The notes: a model not told the origin generated them from the letters alone. A DNA stretch of 64,000 nucleotides from an uncultured Candidatus Saccharibacteria bacterium (GCA_964585065.1 CAZPCB010000002.1:166967-230966); one strand, 5' to 3'. Counted from the stretch's first letter, positions 19,207 to 29,393 are shown. Program-made: numbers and translations.

Positions 19207-19653
19207 TTATTTACGGAAGACAAAAAATTTATAACCAACAAAGCTCACAATCATTGATCCCCCTGTTCCTAATAGTTTACCAATAATTGCCGGATCTATC
19301 AATTGAGAGGGGATAAAAGATAAGGATAGTGGGAGGAGAATAGTTGCTGGCAATATGAATATGGTTAGCCTTAATATAGTGGTATTAACAATAAATCCTA
19401 AGGCATTCACAATGAGAAAACTCCCAAATTCTCGAGGCTTAGTTTTTTTCTTATGTTGAAAGGTAATATATTTATTGGCAAAATAACTAAATATAATAGC
19501 AGTAATTATGGAGATGAGATTAATATAGATAATAGAATGTGATTCATTAGAAATATTAAAGCTATATTTCAATAAAGCAAATACCCCGATATCAATCGAG
19601 GTATTTAGAACTCCAATAATAGCAAAGAGTATTATTTCACGTGTTTTTACCAA
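19207..19653 (-). CDS. GtrA family membrane protein
   Basis: FAIIGVLNTSID, SYFANKYITF, YKFFVF; four TM helices. Confidence 0.85.
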   Translation of the reverse strand: MVKTREIILFAIIGVLNTSIDIGVFALLKYSFNISNESHSIIYINLISIITAIIFSYFANKYITFQHKKKTKPREFGSFLIVNALGFIVNTTILRLTIFILPATILLPLSLSFIPSQLIDPAIIGKLLGTGGSMIVSFVGYKFFVFRK

Positions 19654-20339
19654 GGCTGTATTTTTAGTGGTTCATCAGAATTTTCTTCTTCAGATTTAGT
19701 ATCCTCTGAAGCTTCCTCTAGAAGGGGAGTATCATCTACAATTTCCTCATCAATGTCAATATTAGGGACTACTTCAGGAGTATCATTGAGATTAGATGGA
19801 GCATTCGTATTTATAATTCCAAGTGCTTGAGCTGATACTACATTTTCAATAGCTGCCCATTCACTTTTTTTGGTAAGTGGGGTGAGAATTGTTACTTCAT
19901 CACCAGGAGATAATCTAAAATAGGTTACAGAAGCAGTTAAAAGTCTATATAATTCATTTCCTACTTTTGCAAAATAACTATTATCTTGATAAATAATATT
20001 CCCAATAGCTCGACGTCGTGGAGCGGGTCCAATTTGCTTATAAATAAAAGCTCCATCAGCGGTAATAGTAAGCTTTAATTGATCTCCTTCAATTAATTTA
20101 GATTTACTAGCATAATTAGCAGGTACTGGATATTGTTTTTTGGTGTCATCCACCATATATTCACCAGTAAATTCTCCAAGAACAACTTTTTCAGCTTGCC
20201 CAACTACACTTACATAGGATTGATTAGCCCCTGCAACTTGAGTCAACATAGCACGAGCTTGATTGAGTCGAGCTTCTGCTTCTTTTACGATTTGTTCTAA
20301 CTCAGCAATTTGCTGAGATTTGTCCTCAGTATTTGACAT
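19647..20339 (-). CDS. Conserved hypothetical protein (CPR-type)
   Basis: N-terminal coiled coil, YPVPANYASKSKLIEGD.LKLTI..DG.FIYKQIGP core, acidic tail. Confidence 0.75.
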   Translation of the reverse strand: MSNTEDKSQQIAELEQIVKEAEARLNQARAMLTQVAGANQSYVSVVGQAEKVVLGEFTGEYMVDDTKKQYPVPANYASKSKLIEGDQLKLTITADGAFIYKQIGPAPRRRAIGNIIYQDNSYFAKVGNELYRLLTASVTYFRLSPGDEVTILTPLTKKSEWAAIENVVSAQALGIINTNAPSNLNDTPEVVPNIDIDEEIVDDTPLLEEASEDTKSEEENSDEPLKIQPW

Positions 20340-20399
20340 ATCTGTGCTTTTTATTTTGATATTATTACTACAATATTAGTATATCATATTGTAAATTTA

Positions 20400-20429
20400 T
20401 TGACAAGGGGATAATGAAACGGATATAAT
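20400..20429 (+). promoter_or_regulatory. sigma70 promoter for tRNA-Leu
   Basis: TTGACA, 18-nt spacer, TATAAT, ending 16 nt upstream of the tRNA. Confidence 0.7.
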
Positions 20430-20445
20430 AGATAAGTTCGTATTG

Positions 20446-20528
20446 GCTGGTGTGGTGGAATGGTAGACACGAAGGACTCAAAATCCTTTGGAGGTAACTC
20501 CGTAACGGTTCAAGTCCGTTCACCAGCA
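20446..20528 (+). tRNA. tRNA-Leu(CAA)
   Basis: Acceptor stem GCTGGTG/CACCAGC, anticodon arm AAGGA-CTCAAAA-TCCTT, long variable arm, GGTTCAAGTCC T-arm; CCA not encoded. Confidence 0.95.
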
Positions 20529-20574
20529 CAAGTATAAAAAACCTCCCAATTCTTTGGGAGGTTTTTTATACTTG
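20529..20574. terminator. Bidirectional terminator between tRNA-Leu and pilin gene
   Basis: CAAGTATAAAAAACCTCCCAA..TTGGGAGGTTTTTTATACTTG long perfect inverted repeat. Confidence 0.85.
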
Positions 20575-20598
20575 TTGTATTGCTATTGTGCTGGGATT

Positions 20599-22482
20599 TT
20601 AATCTAGGGTACCAATATAATTATATCGAGCTATATACATATCTCTATTACTAGTAGGTGTGAGTGAGATTTGATTAGTACCGCCAATACCAAATGTTGC
20701 AAAACTATTAAAGTCTCCCGCTATTACAAAACCTCCCAGTACCTTCCCAATTGCTATTCCTCTATCTGAACCCATTCCTCCAGCTCTTCGAGCCCAAGCA
20801 AGAGTCCCATCAGTATTATATTTAGCTATAAATACATCATCACTACCACTACTGGTCAGAATAGTCTGATTTGTTTCTCCCGGTCCAAAAGTAGCTGTTC
20901 CATTAAATTGCCCTGTTATAATACTACTTCCATCTATATTCCTCATTATATCAAAACTGCTATCATCATTTAGGCCCCCAGCTTTTTTAGCCCAGATTAA
21001 ACTACCATTATCACTATATTTAGCTATAAATATATCTGAACCACCACTGCTACTTAAGATGGTTTGATTTGTCTCTCCTGGTCCAAAAGTAGCTGTTCCT
21101 TGAAGGTTTCCTATTATAAGACTATCAGTATTAGGTAATGTTCTAACTGCTATGGGGCCATCCCAACCAATTCCACCAACCTTTCGAGCCCAAGCTAAGG
21201 TTCCATTAGTATTATATTTGGCTATAAATCCATCTATATCAGTAGTATTCGTCAATATAGTTTGATTTGCTTCTCCTTGTCCAAGAGTAATATTTCCATA
21301 AAAAGCTCCAATTATGATAGAGCTACCATCATTTAACATACTAACTCCTGTACTATCATCTATATCTGTACCACCAGCTTTTCGAGCCCAAGCAAGAGTC
21401 CCATCAGTATTATATTTAGCTATAAAAGCATCTCTATTCCCAGCATTAGCTACTAGAATAGTCTGATTTGTTTCTCCCGGTCCAAAAGTAGCTGTTCCCT
21501 GAAAGTATCCTACACTAATACTAGTCCCATCAGATAAAGTACTAATACCATAGCCACGTCCATAATCTCCTACTACACTACCAGTAACTCCTTTAGCCCA
21601 AGCAAGAGTCCCATTGGCATTATATTTAGCTATAAATGTGTTATTTGAGATAATACTATTTAATGTTGTTTGATTTGTTTCCCCTTGTCCAAACACTGCA
21701 GTCCCACTAATATAACCCGTTGTAATACTGCTCCCATCAGGAAGACAGCTAATACCATAGCTTATATCATAGTCATTTCCTCCATCCCGCCTAACCCAAG
21801 CCAAACTACCATCGATATTATATTTGGCTACAAATATATCATATCCACTCCCAACAGATGTACGTATGGTCTGATTTGTTTCTCCTGGGGCGAAGGTTGC
21901 ATTTCCTTGAAATAATCCTGTCACTATACTGCTCCCATCAGAATTAGTACACATTCCCCCTGTATTAATAATTTCTCCAGGACTTCCCCCAGCCCGCTTT
22001 GCAAAGTTAACTGGTGTTGCTGGAAGGGTAAAAGTTGTACTTTGAGATTCAGAAGTGAAAGTGGTATTATCAACACTATTAATTCCTCCCACTCCAATTT
22101 TACCATTTGTACTTTTTACTATATAAAAACCACTATTATTGATATCGGTGGAATATGAAGGGATGCTCGCAATATAATTGGGTACTAATACAGATAAATT
22201 TACCTTACCCGTACAAGAGGGTGCTCCTGTTTTACAAATTTCTAGAGAACTACCAGCAGGAACATTCTGGACATCAGTAGGATAAGCTCCAGTTTTGAGT
22301 GCATATTGTTCTATAGCTTGATAGAGAGTAAGGGCATCAGCTTTACGCTTATTGTCATTGACTTCAGTAATAATTCTACTTGGATTAAGAGTATATAATA
22401 CTGTAGCAAAGAGAACAGCAAGTAGAGCAATAACAAGAAGTATTTCGAGTAGGGTAAAACCTTTTTTTGTATAGGGTTTCAT
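20599..22482 (-). CDS. Type IV pilin-like protein fused to beta-propeller (SBBP-like) repeats
   Basis: KKGFTLLEILLVIA prepilin motif; repeats of G.ATFGPGETNQTIL..D.FIAKYNTDGTLAWAR. Confidence 0.85.
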   Translation of the reverse strand: MKPYTKKGFTLLEILLVIALLAVLFATVLYTLNPSRIITEVNDNKRKADALTLYQAIEQYALKTGAYPTDVQNVPAGSSLEICKTGAPSCTGKVNLSVLVPNYIASIPSYSTDINNSGFYIVKSTNGKIGVGGINSVDNTTFTSESQSTTFTLPATPVNFAKRAGGSPGEIINTGGMCTNSDGSSIVTGLFQGNATFAPGETNQTIRTSVGSGYDIFVAKYNIDGSLAWVRRDGGNDYDISYGISCLPDGSSITTGYISGTAVFGQGETNQTTLNSIISNNTFIAKYNANGTLAWAKGVTGSVVGDYGRGYGISTLSDGTSISVGYFQGTATFGPGETNQTILVANAGNRDAFIAKYNTDGTLAWARKAGGTDIDDSTGVSMLNDGSSIIIGAFYGNITLGQGEANQTILTNTTDIDGFIAKYNTNGTLAWARKVGGIGWDGPIAVRTLPNTDSLIIGNLQGTATFGPGETNQTILSSSGGSDIFIAKYSDNGSLIWAKKAGGLNDDSSFDIMRNIDGSSIITGQFNGTATFGPGETNQTILTSSGSDDVFIAKYNTDGTLAWARRAGGMGSDRGIAIGKVLGGFVIAGDFNSFATFGIGGTNQISLTPTSNRDMYIARYNYIGTLD

Positions 22483-22587
22483 AATATATATTTTATTTCT
22501 AGATTAAGTTTAGTATAGCATAAAACTGTTATTGAGTGTATAGGGACTTTATGCTATACTTATACACATAAATCATTAAAATAATAT

Positions 22588-23910
22588 ATGTTGGATATAC
22601 TATATATTAAGGCAAATCAAGATTTTATTATTGAAGTTGCTAAAAATAAAAAAGTTGCTATAGATATAAATAAGTTATTGTCATTATACGAGGAGCGTCA
22701 AAATCTTTTGCAACAAATCGAGCAATTACGGGCGGATAAAAATACTATTGCTGATGAGATGAAGCAGATAGCAACTTTGTCTGGGGATGAGAAATCTGTA
22801 TTGATAGAGAGAGGAAAAGAGATTAAAGATTCTCTTAATACTTTAGAATTACAATATGAGAAAATAGATAGTGAATATCAGAATATTCTTTATCAAGTCC
22901 CGAATATATATTCCGAAGATACTCCTATTGGTTTATCTGAAGATGAGAATGTAATTCTAAGGCAAGTGGGGGAGAAGCCAAATTTTGATTTTACTCCTTT
23001 GGAGCATTGGCAATTAGGCAAAACTCTCAATCTTATTGATACTGAGAAATCAGCTGAAGTCTCAGGTTCTCGATTTGCGTATATCAAAGGAGATTTAGTA
23101 TTATTACAATTTGCTTTAATACAATGGGTATTATCTACCCTACAAGATACTACATTAATTGAATCTATTGCAAAAGGAGCGGGCTTAGAAGTATCTAATA
23201 AATCTTATAATCCTGTATTGCCCCCAGTTCTTATGCGACCTGATGTGATGAACCGTATGGGGAGGTTAGACCCTATTGATGATAGGTATCAGACTACGGA
23301 AGATGGGTTAATGTTAGTGGGGAGTGCCGAGCATACTTTAGGACCAATACATATAGATGAAATTCTAGATCAAAAACAATTACCTCTTCGATATGTAGGG
23401 TATTCTACTGCTTTTCGCCGTGAGGCAGGTACATATGGTAAAGATATGAAGGGAATATTACGACTTCATCAATTTGATAAAATTGAAATTGAGGTATTTA
23501 GTGATAAAGATAGTGGATTCGCTGAGCAAGAACTGATTCTAGCTATACAAGAATATTTGATGCAAAAATTAGAATTACCCTATCAAGTGGTACTCAAATG
23601 TTCAGGAGATATGGGAACTCCCGATGTGAGAGCCTATGATATTGAGACTTGGTTACCTGGGCAAAATCAATATAGAGAAACCCACACCTCAGATTATATG
23701 GGAGACTTTCAAGCTCGAAGATTACAAACTCGATATAAAGATAGCGATGGGCAAAAACATTTCATACATATGAATGATGCCACCGTATTTGCAATTGGCC
23801 GAATATTAATTGCTATTATGGAAAATTATCAGCAGGCTGATGGAAGTATTCGTATTCCACAAATCCTACAATCATATATTCATAAAGATAGTATTACCAA
23901 TACAAAATAA
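22588..23910 (+). CDS. serS: Serine--tRNA ligase
   Basis: MLDI start, coiled-coil arm, VSGSRF, FRREAGTYGKD..GILRLHQFDKIE, DFQARRL. Confidence 0.97.
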   Translation: MLDILYIKANQDFIIEVAKNKKVAIDINKLLSLYEERQNLLQQIEQLRADKNTIADEMKQIATLSGDEKSVLIERGKEIKDSLNTLELQYEKIDSEYQNILYQVPNIYSEDTPIGLSEDENVILRQVGEKPNFDFTPLEHWQLGKTLNLIDTEKSAEVSGSRFAYIKGDLVLLQFALIQWVLSTLQDTTLIESIAKGAGLEVSNKSYNPVLPPVLMRPDVMNRMGRLDPIDDRYQTTEDGLMLVGSAEHTLGPIHIDEILDQKQLPLRYVGYSTAFRREAGTYGKDMKGILRLHQFDKIEIEVFSDKDSGFAEQELILAIQEYLMQKLELPYQVVLKCSGDMGTPDVRAYDIETWLPGQNQYRETHTSDYMGDFQARRLQTRYKDSDGQKHFIHMNDATVFAIGRILIAIMENYQQADGSIRIPQILQSYIHKDSITNTK

Positions 23911-23911
23911 T

Positions 23912-25147
23912 ATGTTAATCAGATTAATAAAATCTTCTTGCTTAGTAATCGGGATGCTATTGATATTGGCTCTCCCTATTTTGAGTTTTGCTCAGGATGA
24001 TGTAATGACTGAACCTAATATTTCAGAGTCTAATAATACTGTTACGGAAGACTTGGGTTCCCCAGAGGCTATATCCTATAATAAGCCAGATTCTTTTTAT
24101 CGTGCAGAAGTACAAGGAGTTGAGAGTAAAGAAACAGAGATTTTAGGAAGAAAAGTAACTTCTCAAAATCTCACAATGAAAATTTTAGATAAAGATAAAA
24201 AAGGAGAAATTATAGTTGTAGATAATGGGGGAGGAGCTGATTTACAAGAAAGTCAAATATATAAAAAAGGAGATATATTAATTGTAGTTAAGACAAGAGT
24301 TGGGGGGTCTGATCAATATTATGTCCAAGATAGATATCGATTACCAGGACTATTTGGAATGATAGCAGTATTCTTAATTCTTACAATTGTTTTTGCTCGA
24401 AGGCAGGGGATAGGATCTATTATTGGACTTATTGCAAGCATAGGAATTCTGGTCGGATATCTTGTCCCTGCATTATTGGGGGGGCAGAATCCTGTATTAG
24501 TAACCTTTATAGCGAGCATAGCTATTATTACTTTGACTTTATTTATTTCGCATGGATTTAGAGTCAGGACCTTTATATCTTTTGTTGCTATGAATATTAC
24601 ACTTGGACTTGCTTATGGAATATCCGTGATATTCGTATATATGGCACATATGTTTGGAGTAGGGAGTGAAGATACATTTTATCTTGCCTCTATTAGTAGT
24701 GTAGATTTAGATTTGAGGGGGATATTGCTTGCTGGGGTAATTATTGGTATGCTTGGAGTATTAGATGATGTAACTGTTGCTCAGGCCGCAACAATTGATG
24801 AGATAAAGCGGGCTAATCCTAAAACACGATTTAAACAATTATATACAGCCGGTATGTCGGTAGGACGCGATCATATTGCCTCATTAGTTAATACTCTTGC
24901 CTTAGCTTATGTAGGGTCAAGTTTGCCATTATTCTTATTACTTTATATTAATAGTGCTAATGTCCCAATTTGGGTGACATTGAATTCTGAATTTATTGCT
25001 CAAGAATTAATTCGTACAATGGCGGGAAGTATTGCAATTGTCTTAGCCGTCCCTATTACGAGTTTGATAGCGGCCAAAGTATTCGATAATTATATACATA
25101 AACCAAGGGATACACATGATATTGCTCATCATGGACATAGTCATTAA
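23912..25147 (+). CDS. YibE/F family membrane protein
   Basis: GVIIGMLGVLDDVTVAQ, VGRDHIASLVNTLALAYVG; His-rich C-terminus; start reset to 23912. Confidence 0.9.
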   Translation: MLIRLIKSSCLVIGMLLILALPILSFAQDDVMTEPNISESNNTVTEDLGSPEAISYNKPDSFYRAEVQGVESKETEILGRKVTSQNLTMKILDKDKKGEIIVVDNGGGADLQESQIYKKGDILIVVKTRVGGSDQYYVQDRYRLPGLFGMIAVFLILTIVFARRQGIGSIIGLIASIGILVGYLVPALLGGQNPVLVTFIASIAIITLTLFISHGFRVRTFISFVAMNITLGLAYGISVIFVYMAHMFGVGSEDTFYLASISSVDLDLRGILLAGVIIGMLGVLDDVTVAQAATIDEIKRANPKTRFKQLYTAGMSVGRDHIASLVNTLALAYVGSSLPLFLLLYINSANVPIWVTLNSEFIAQELIRTMAGSIAIVLAVPITSLIAAKVFDNYIHKPRDTHDIAHHGHSH

Positions 25148-25208
25148 TTGATATATTCATAATTCTTATGATATACTATAAAAGAATTATAAAGATTAAG
25201 ATATAGAT

Positions 25209-25865
25209 ATGAGCGATATAACAGAAAATAATTTTATTGGAAAAGGAATACTTATTGTTACGGTATTAGTAGTGATAGGTGCTATTGTTTGGGGACTTAA
25301 TACTCAAAGTTCAGGATCTCGTAATGTAAATGTAGAAGTTACAGATGAGGATACTTATCTTGGAAATAAAGATGCCAAAGTTACTCTAGTAGAATATTCT
25401 GATTTTCAATGTCCTGCATGTAAGGCTTATGAAGATATTGTGAAACAACTTCGGGATTCTTATAGTCCAGAGGATTTAAAATTTGTATATAGACATTTCC
25501 CACTTCGTAGTATTCACCCTAATGCTGATATTGCCGCTCAAGCTGCCGAAGCTGCAGGTGAGGAGGGGAAATTCTGGGAAATGAAATCTCTCTTATTCGA
25601 AAAACAATCTGAATGGGAAAAGGAAAAAGATCCTAAGGGATTATTCGGAGCTTATGCAAAATCATTAGGAATAGATGTAGGTAAATTTGATGAGGATTTG
25701 AAAGCAGATGACGATTCAAAAGAGCGAGTAGAAAAAGATTATCAATCAGGAGTTGCTCTTGATATTGCCTCTACACCCACCTTTATACTAAATGGAGTAA
25801 TTATCAAAAACCCTCAAAGTGTTGATGAATTCAAATCTCTTATTGATGCTGAACTCAAGAAATAA
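25209..25865 (+). CDS. DsbA-like thiol-disulfide oxidoreductase
   Basis: N-terminal TM, EYSDFQCPAC, YRHFPL, STPTF. Confidence 0.92.
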   Translation: MSDITENNFIGKGILIVTVLVVIGAIVWGLNTQSSGSRNVNVEVTDEDTYLGNKDAKVTLVEYSDFQCPACKAYEDIVKQLRDSYSPEDLKFVYRHFPLRSIHPNADIAAQAAEAAGEEGKFWEMKSLLFEKQSEWEKEKDPKGLFGAYAKSLGIDVGKFDEDLKADDDSKERVEKDYQSGVALDIASTPTFILNGVIIKNPQSVDEFKSLIDAELKK

Positions 25866-25873
25866 TTTAGTCC

Positions 25874-26449
25874 ATGATAGCAAAGCCTGACTTTGAACAT
25901 GTCGTATTAGTAACTGAGCTCGATGAAGTAATTGGAGTAGCACCAAAATCTGAGGTGCATACTCTCACAACCCCTCTTCATCGAGCTTTTTCTTTATTCC
26001 TATTCCGACCTGGGGACAGGCAATTCCTTATTCAGCAAAGATGGCGGTGTAAGAAAACCTGGCCCCTTGTATGGTCTAATAGTTGTTGTGGACATCCGGA
26101 ACTTGGTGAGGCTACTATTGATGCGGTCAGGAGACGAGCAAAATTTGAATTGGGAGTTGAGAATTTTGATATATTAGAAGAGGTGAGCCCTTATCGTTAT
26201 ACCTTTGAGCGAGATGGAGTCGTAGAAAATGAAATATGTCCTATTTATTTTGGTATTAGTTCAGACCCAATTCACCCTCATCCCGAGGAGGTGGAAGCTT
26301 ATCGTTGGCTTAGCTGGGATCAATTTGTGAGTGAGGCTTTTGCTGATGATAAGACATTCTCCGAATGGTGCCGAGAAGAATTGAGATTATTAGAGCAAAC
26401 ACAATTATTCAAGGATTTTATGAAAATTAATATAATTGTCATACTTTGA
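25874..26449 (+). CDS. idi: Isopentenyl-diphosphate delta-isomerase type 1
   Basis: H..TPLHRAFSLFLF, QQR..KKTWP.VWSNSCCGHP, ENEICP, EV. Confidence 0.92.
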   Translation: MIAKPDFEHVVLVTELDEVIGVAPKSEVHTLTTPLHRAFSLFLFRPGDRQFLIQQRWRCKKTWPLVWSNSCCGHPELGEATIDAVRRRAKFELGVENFDILEEVSPYRYTFERDGVVENEICPIYFGISSDPIHPHPEEVEAYRWLSWDQFVSEAFADDKTFSEWCREELRLLEQTQLFKDFMKINIIVIL

Positions 26450-26473
26450 CAAAATACTAATACAAGCTATACT
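26446..26473 (+). promoter_or_regulatory. sigma70 promoter
   Basis: TTGACA, 16-nt spacer, TATACT upstream of the orphan ORF at 26511. Confidence 0.6.
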
Positions 26474-26510
26474 ATAAGTACATGCTGTTCGGCATGCCTG
26501 TCCCATTATC

Positions 26511-26819
26511 ATGGTGATTGACATGGCTCAGACTCAGTTTGGATTCTTAACTCGAGAAAGAGAAGAGGAAATTGTGGAGAGAGGAATATTAGCTTTACAA
26601 CCACAATTCCATACTTTTTTCCTTCGCCGAGAGCCTCGAGTTCGTGATTGGGAAGAATCACTTTGGATATTAAGGAAACAAATGTGTCATACCTTTATCC
26701 AAAATGGTATGAAAGCAAAGCAAGCAGAGAAACATACAGATCATATTCTTGAATCTATATTGACACAACTTGTGCTGAAGGAATTTGCTCATATCATCAA
26801 TCCCAATGAAAACATATAA
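26511..26819 (+). CDS. Hypothetical protein
   Basis: 102-aa ORF with its own promoter and a downstream terminator hairpin (26831-26868). Confidence 0.6.
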   Translation: MVIDMAQTQFGFLTREREEEIVERGILALQPQFHTFFLRREPRVRDWEESLWILRKQMCHTFIQNGMKAKQAEKHTDHILESILTQLVLKEFAHIINPNENI

Positions 26820-26925
26820 AGCTCTGTATATCCCGCCTTCTCTTATGTTGGTGGGAATTTTTTCTTTTGACCATATAAACATATTATGGTATATATAATA
26901 TGTCTTGTATTGGGTCTATTCCCTT

Positions 26926-27225
26926 ATGTCACATCTGAATCGCCGTCAAACAATTATTGTTGGATTTGGGGGATTAACTCTAGGACTTGTAGGGGGATTA
27001 GTTTTTCAAAGCCTCTTAGTAACTACTACTCCAAAGATGAAATTACCTGATGATTTATCTCAGACATATCAGGTGCTTGCCAGGAGAACCTTTATTCTAG
27101 CACCTGGACAATGTGAACTCGGATCCTTGGATTATCCAGTTAAAACTCCTATCAATACCTCTCAATCTATCATTCTAGTATGTGGTAAGGGTATAGATGG
27201 GAGAGTAGTTACCAATTTCCCTTAA
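26926..27225 (+). CDS. Hypothetical exported or membrane protein
   Basis: MSHLNRRQTIIVGFGG.. N-terminal hydrophobic segment, two Cys; terminator AGCCA..TGGCT-TTTT from 27241. Confidence 0.6.
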   Translation: MSHLNRRQTIIVGFGGLTLGLVGGLVFQSLLVTTTPKMKLPDDLSQTYQVLARRTFILAPGQCELGSLDYPVKTPINTSQSIILVCGKGIDGRVVTNFP

Positions 27226-27267
27226 TATCTCAATTCTATGAGCCACCCCAAGGGATGGCTTTTTCTT

Positions 27268-28218
27268 TTATACTTTATTATCTTCTTCTAATTTATGAAT
27301 ATAGCTATAAGCTGATAAGGCGGCTTTGACAGCGTCTCCAGCGGAGATATTATTTTGCTTATAAGCTTCATCGGTTATATCTCCGGCGGCGAATATTCCT
27401 GCTTGTGAAGTAGTGCCATATTTATGATCTAGTATGATTTCTCCAATTTGATTGGTATTAACTAGATGCTTGACTATATCTGAATTCGGAAGAGATCCAA
27501 TTTCAATAAATAACCCTGTAATAGCAAGCTCACTGTTCTCTTGTGTTTTGAGATTCTGATAATGAACTCCTGTCATTAATTTTTCTCCGAATATATCAGT
27601 GACTACCGTATTATAAAGTATACCTTTGAAATTAGGGTGTTTTTGAATTTTCTCAGCAGTTTGAGGGTCTCCCTTTAGTTCATCACTACGATTAAAGAGA
27701 TAGACTTCACTGGCATAGGATAGTAAATCTAATACACTTTCGAGACCCGCATTTCCTCCTCCCACGACAGCTACTTTTTGTCCTTCAAAAAACGGAGCAT
27801 CACAAGTAGCACAATAAGCTACACCTTTTGCGGAGAATTCTGCCTCTCCAGGAATATCTAATTTGCGACGATGTGCTCCCATACCAAGAATTAAGGTTTT
27901 AGTTTGAAAGGTTTTACCTCCTTCAGTCACAATTTCATATACAGGGTAGGGGCTTTCACTAATTTGATTAATACTGATAACTTTATCTATTAAAGTCTCA
28001 AGTCCTGATTGGGCTTTGATATGCGCCTCAAACTTTTGGGCTAAATCAAATCCAGAAATTCTAATATCTCCAATCCAATTATCAATATCATTAGATACTA
28101 CTGATTGCCCTCCAAAACCATCGGTAATAAGTATGGCTTTTAATTGTTTGCGGGCGGCATATATAGAGGCGGCAGTTCCTGTAGGCCCTCCTCCAATAAT
28201 AATAGTGTCATAAATCAT
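27268..28218 (-). CDS. trxB: Thioredoxin reductase (TrxB/AhpF-like)
   Basis: IIGGGPTG, GVAYCATCDAPFF, VVGGGNAG, GIFAAGD. Confidence 0.9.
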   Translation of the reverse strand: MIYDTIIIGGGPTGTAASIYAARKQLKAILITDGFGGQSVVSNDIDNWIGDIRISGFDLAQKFEAHIKAQSGLETLIDKVISINQISESPYPVYEIVTEGGKTFQTKTLILGMGAHRRKLDIPGEAEFSAKGVAYCATCDAPFFEGQKVAVVGGGNAGLESVLDLLSYASEVYLFNRSDELKGDPQTAEKIQKHPNFKGILYNTVVTDIFGEKLMTGVHYQNLKTQENSELAITGLFIEIGSLPNSDIVKHLVNTNQIGEIILDHKYGTTSQAGIFAAGDITDEAYKQNNISAGDAVKAALSAYSYIHKLEEDNKV

Positions 28219-28301
28219 ATTTGCTTGAGTTTAATGAGAATGTATTTTGATAATATAGGAATATTTGATATACTTATATCATAATAGAATAATAATATAA
28301 T

Positions 28302-29045
28302 ATGGGAAATAAATCAATTTTATTAGTAGTAGCTTCCATTTTACTTTCAGGTATGATGATTGCAACAGCAATAATATTCAATGGATATCAGAGTAGAAGT
28401 AATAATAATACGGCTACGAATGATTTACCACAAGTTGATAATAATGACCCAGTAGAGGCGCGCGATATTAATGTTGATATTTCTGATGATACTCCATATC
28501 TTGGAAAAAAATCAGAGGCCAAAATTGCAATTATAGAGTTTAGCGATTATGAATGTCCTTTTTGTAAAAAATTCCATGAAGGAGCAAGACCTGATATAAT
28601 TGACAAATATGTAAATACTGGAAAAGCAATATTAGCTTGGAAAGATTATCCATTAGAATTCCATGATCCTCTTGCAACCAAGCAAGCGATAGCAGCTCAA
28701 TGTGCATATGAACAAAAAGGAAATGAGGGATATTTTGCATATGCTGATTTGATATTCAATAAAACTGAAAGTGGTGGAGATGGAATGAAAGAAGAAGAAT
28801 TAAATATATTAGCTAAAGGGATAGAGGGGCTTGATACTGCGAAATTTGATACTTGTCTGAAAGAAGAAAAAACTCTCAATAAAGTAAAAGCAGGTACAAA
28901 ATTTGGTAATGATAATGGAATTACGGGAACTCCTGGATTTATTATTGGAAAATTAGAAAATGGTAAATTAGTTGGGGGTATTCGAATTGCAGGGGCTTTA
29001 CCACTCGCAACATTCCAAGGATATCTTGATGACCTTTTGAAATAA
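28302..29045 (+). CDS. DsbA-like thiol-disulfide oxidoreductase
   Basis: N-terminal TM, EFSDYECPFC, GITGTPGF. Confidence 0.92.
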   Translation: MGNKSILLVVASILLSGMMIATAIIFNGYQSRSNNNTATNDLPQVDNNDPVEARDINVDISDDTPYLGKKSEAKIAIIEFSDYECPFCKKFHEGARPDIIDKYVNTGKAILAWKDYPLEFHDPLATKQAIAAQCAYEQKGNEGYFAYADLIFNKTESGGDGMKEEELNILAKGIEGLDTAKFDTCLKEEKTLNKVKAGTKFGNDNGITGTPGFIIGKLENGKLVGGIRIAGALPLATFQGYLDDLLK

Positions 29046-29077
29046 TATGCTATACTAATAATGTAAATTAATAATAA

Positions 29078-29329
29078 ATGATTATGAGTACTCCCAATAT
29101 ACAAATTTATTCAACTCCTACCTGTGGGTTTTGTAAACAAGCCAAAGAATTCTTAGCTGAGAATAACATTCCCTTTGTTGACTATAATGTAGCGGCTGAT
29201 GCTGAAAAGCGAAATGAATTAGTTGAAAAAAGTGGTCAGCTTGGTGTCCCAGTTATTGATGTAGATGGTCAAATTCTCATCGGTTATGATAGAGCTACTT
29301 TAGCAAAACTTGTAGGAATTGAGGCCTAA
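29078..29329 (+). CDS. Glutaredoxin/NrdH-like redoxin
   Basis: YSTPTCGFC, SGQLGVPVI. Confidence 0.92.
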   Translation: MIMSTPNIQIYSTPTCGFCKQAKEFLAENNIPFVDYNVAADAEKRNELVEKSGQLGVPVIDVDGQILIGYDRATLAKLVGIEA

Positions 29330-29339
29330 ATCAATTCCA

Positions 29340-29378
29340 AACAAAAAAGACAGACTGTAAAATCTGTCTTTTTTGTTT
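29340..29378. terminator. Bidirectional terminator
   Basis: ACAAAAAAGACAGA..TCTGTCTTTTTTGT between convergent genes. Confidence 0.8.
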
Positions 29379-29393
29379 TATGAAGAGAATAGA

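Noticed and set aside
19630-19650. parS-like TTTCACGTG
   Set aside because: Only half of the TGTTTCACGTGAAACA palindrome, and it lies inside a CDS.
20446-22482. tRNA-Leu as the integration site of an island carrying the pilin
   Set aside because: No duplicated tRNA 3' end and no integrase found; serS follows directly.
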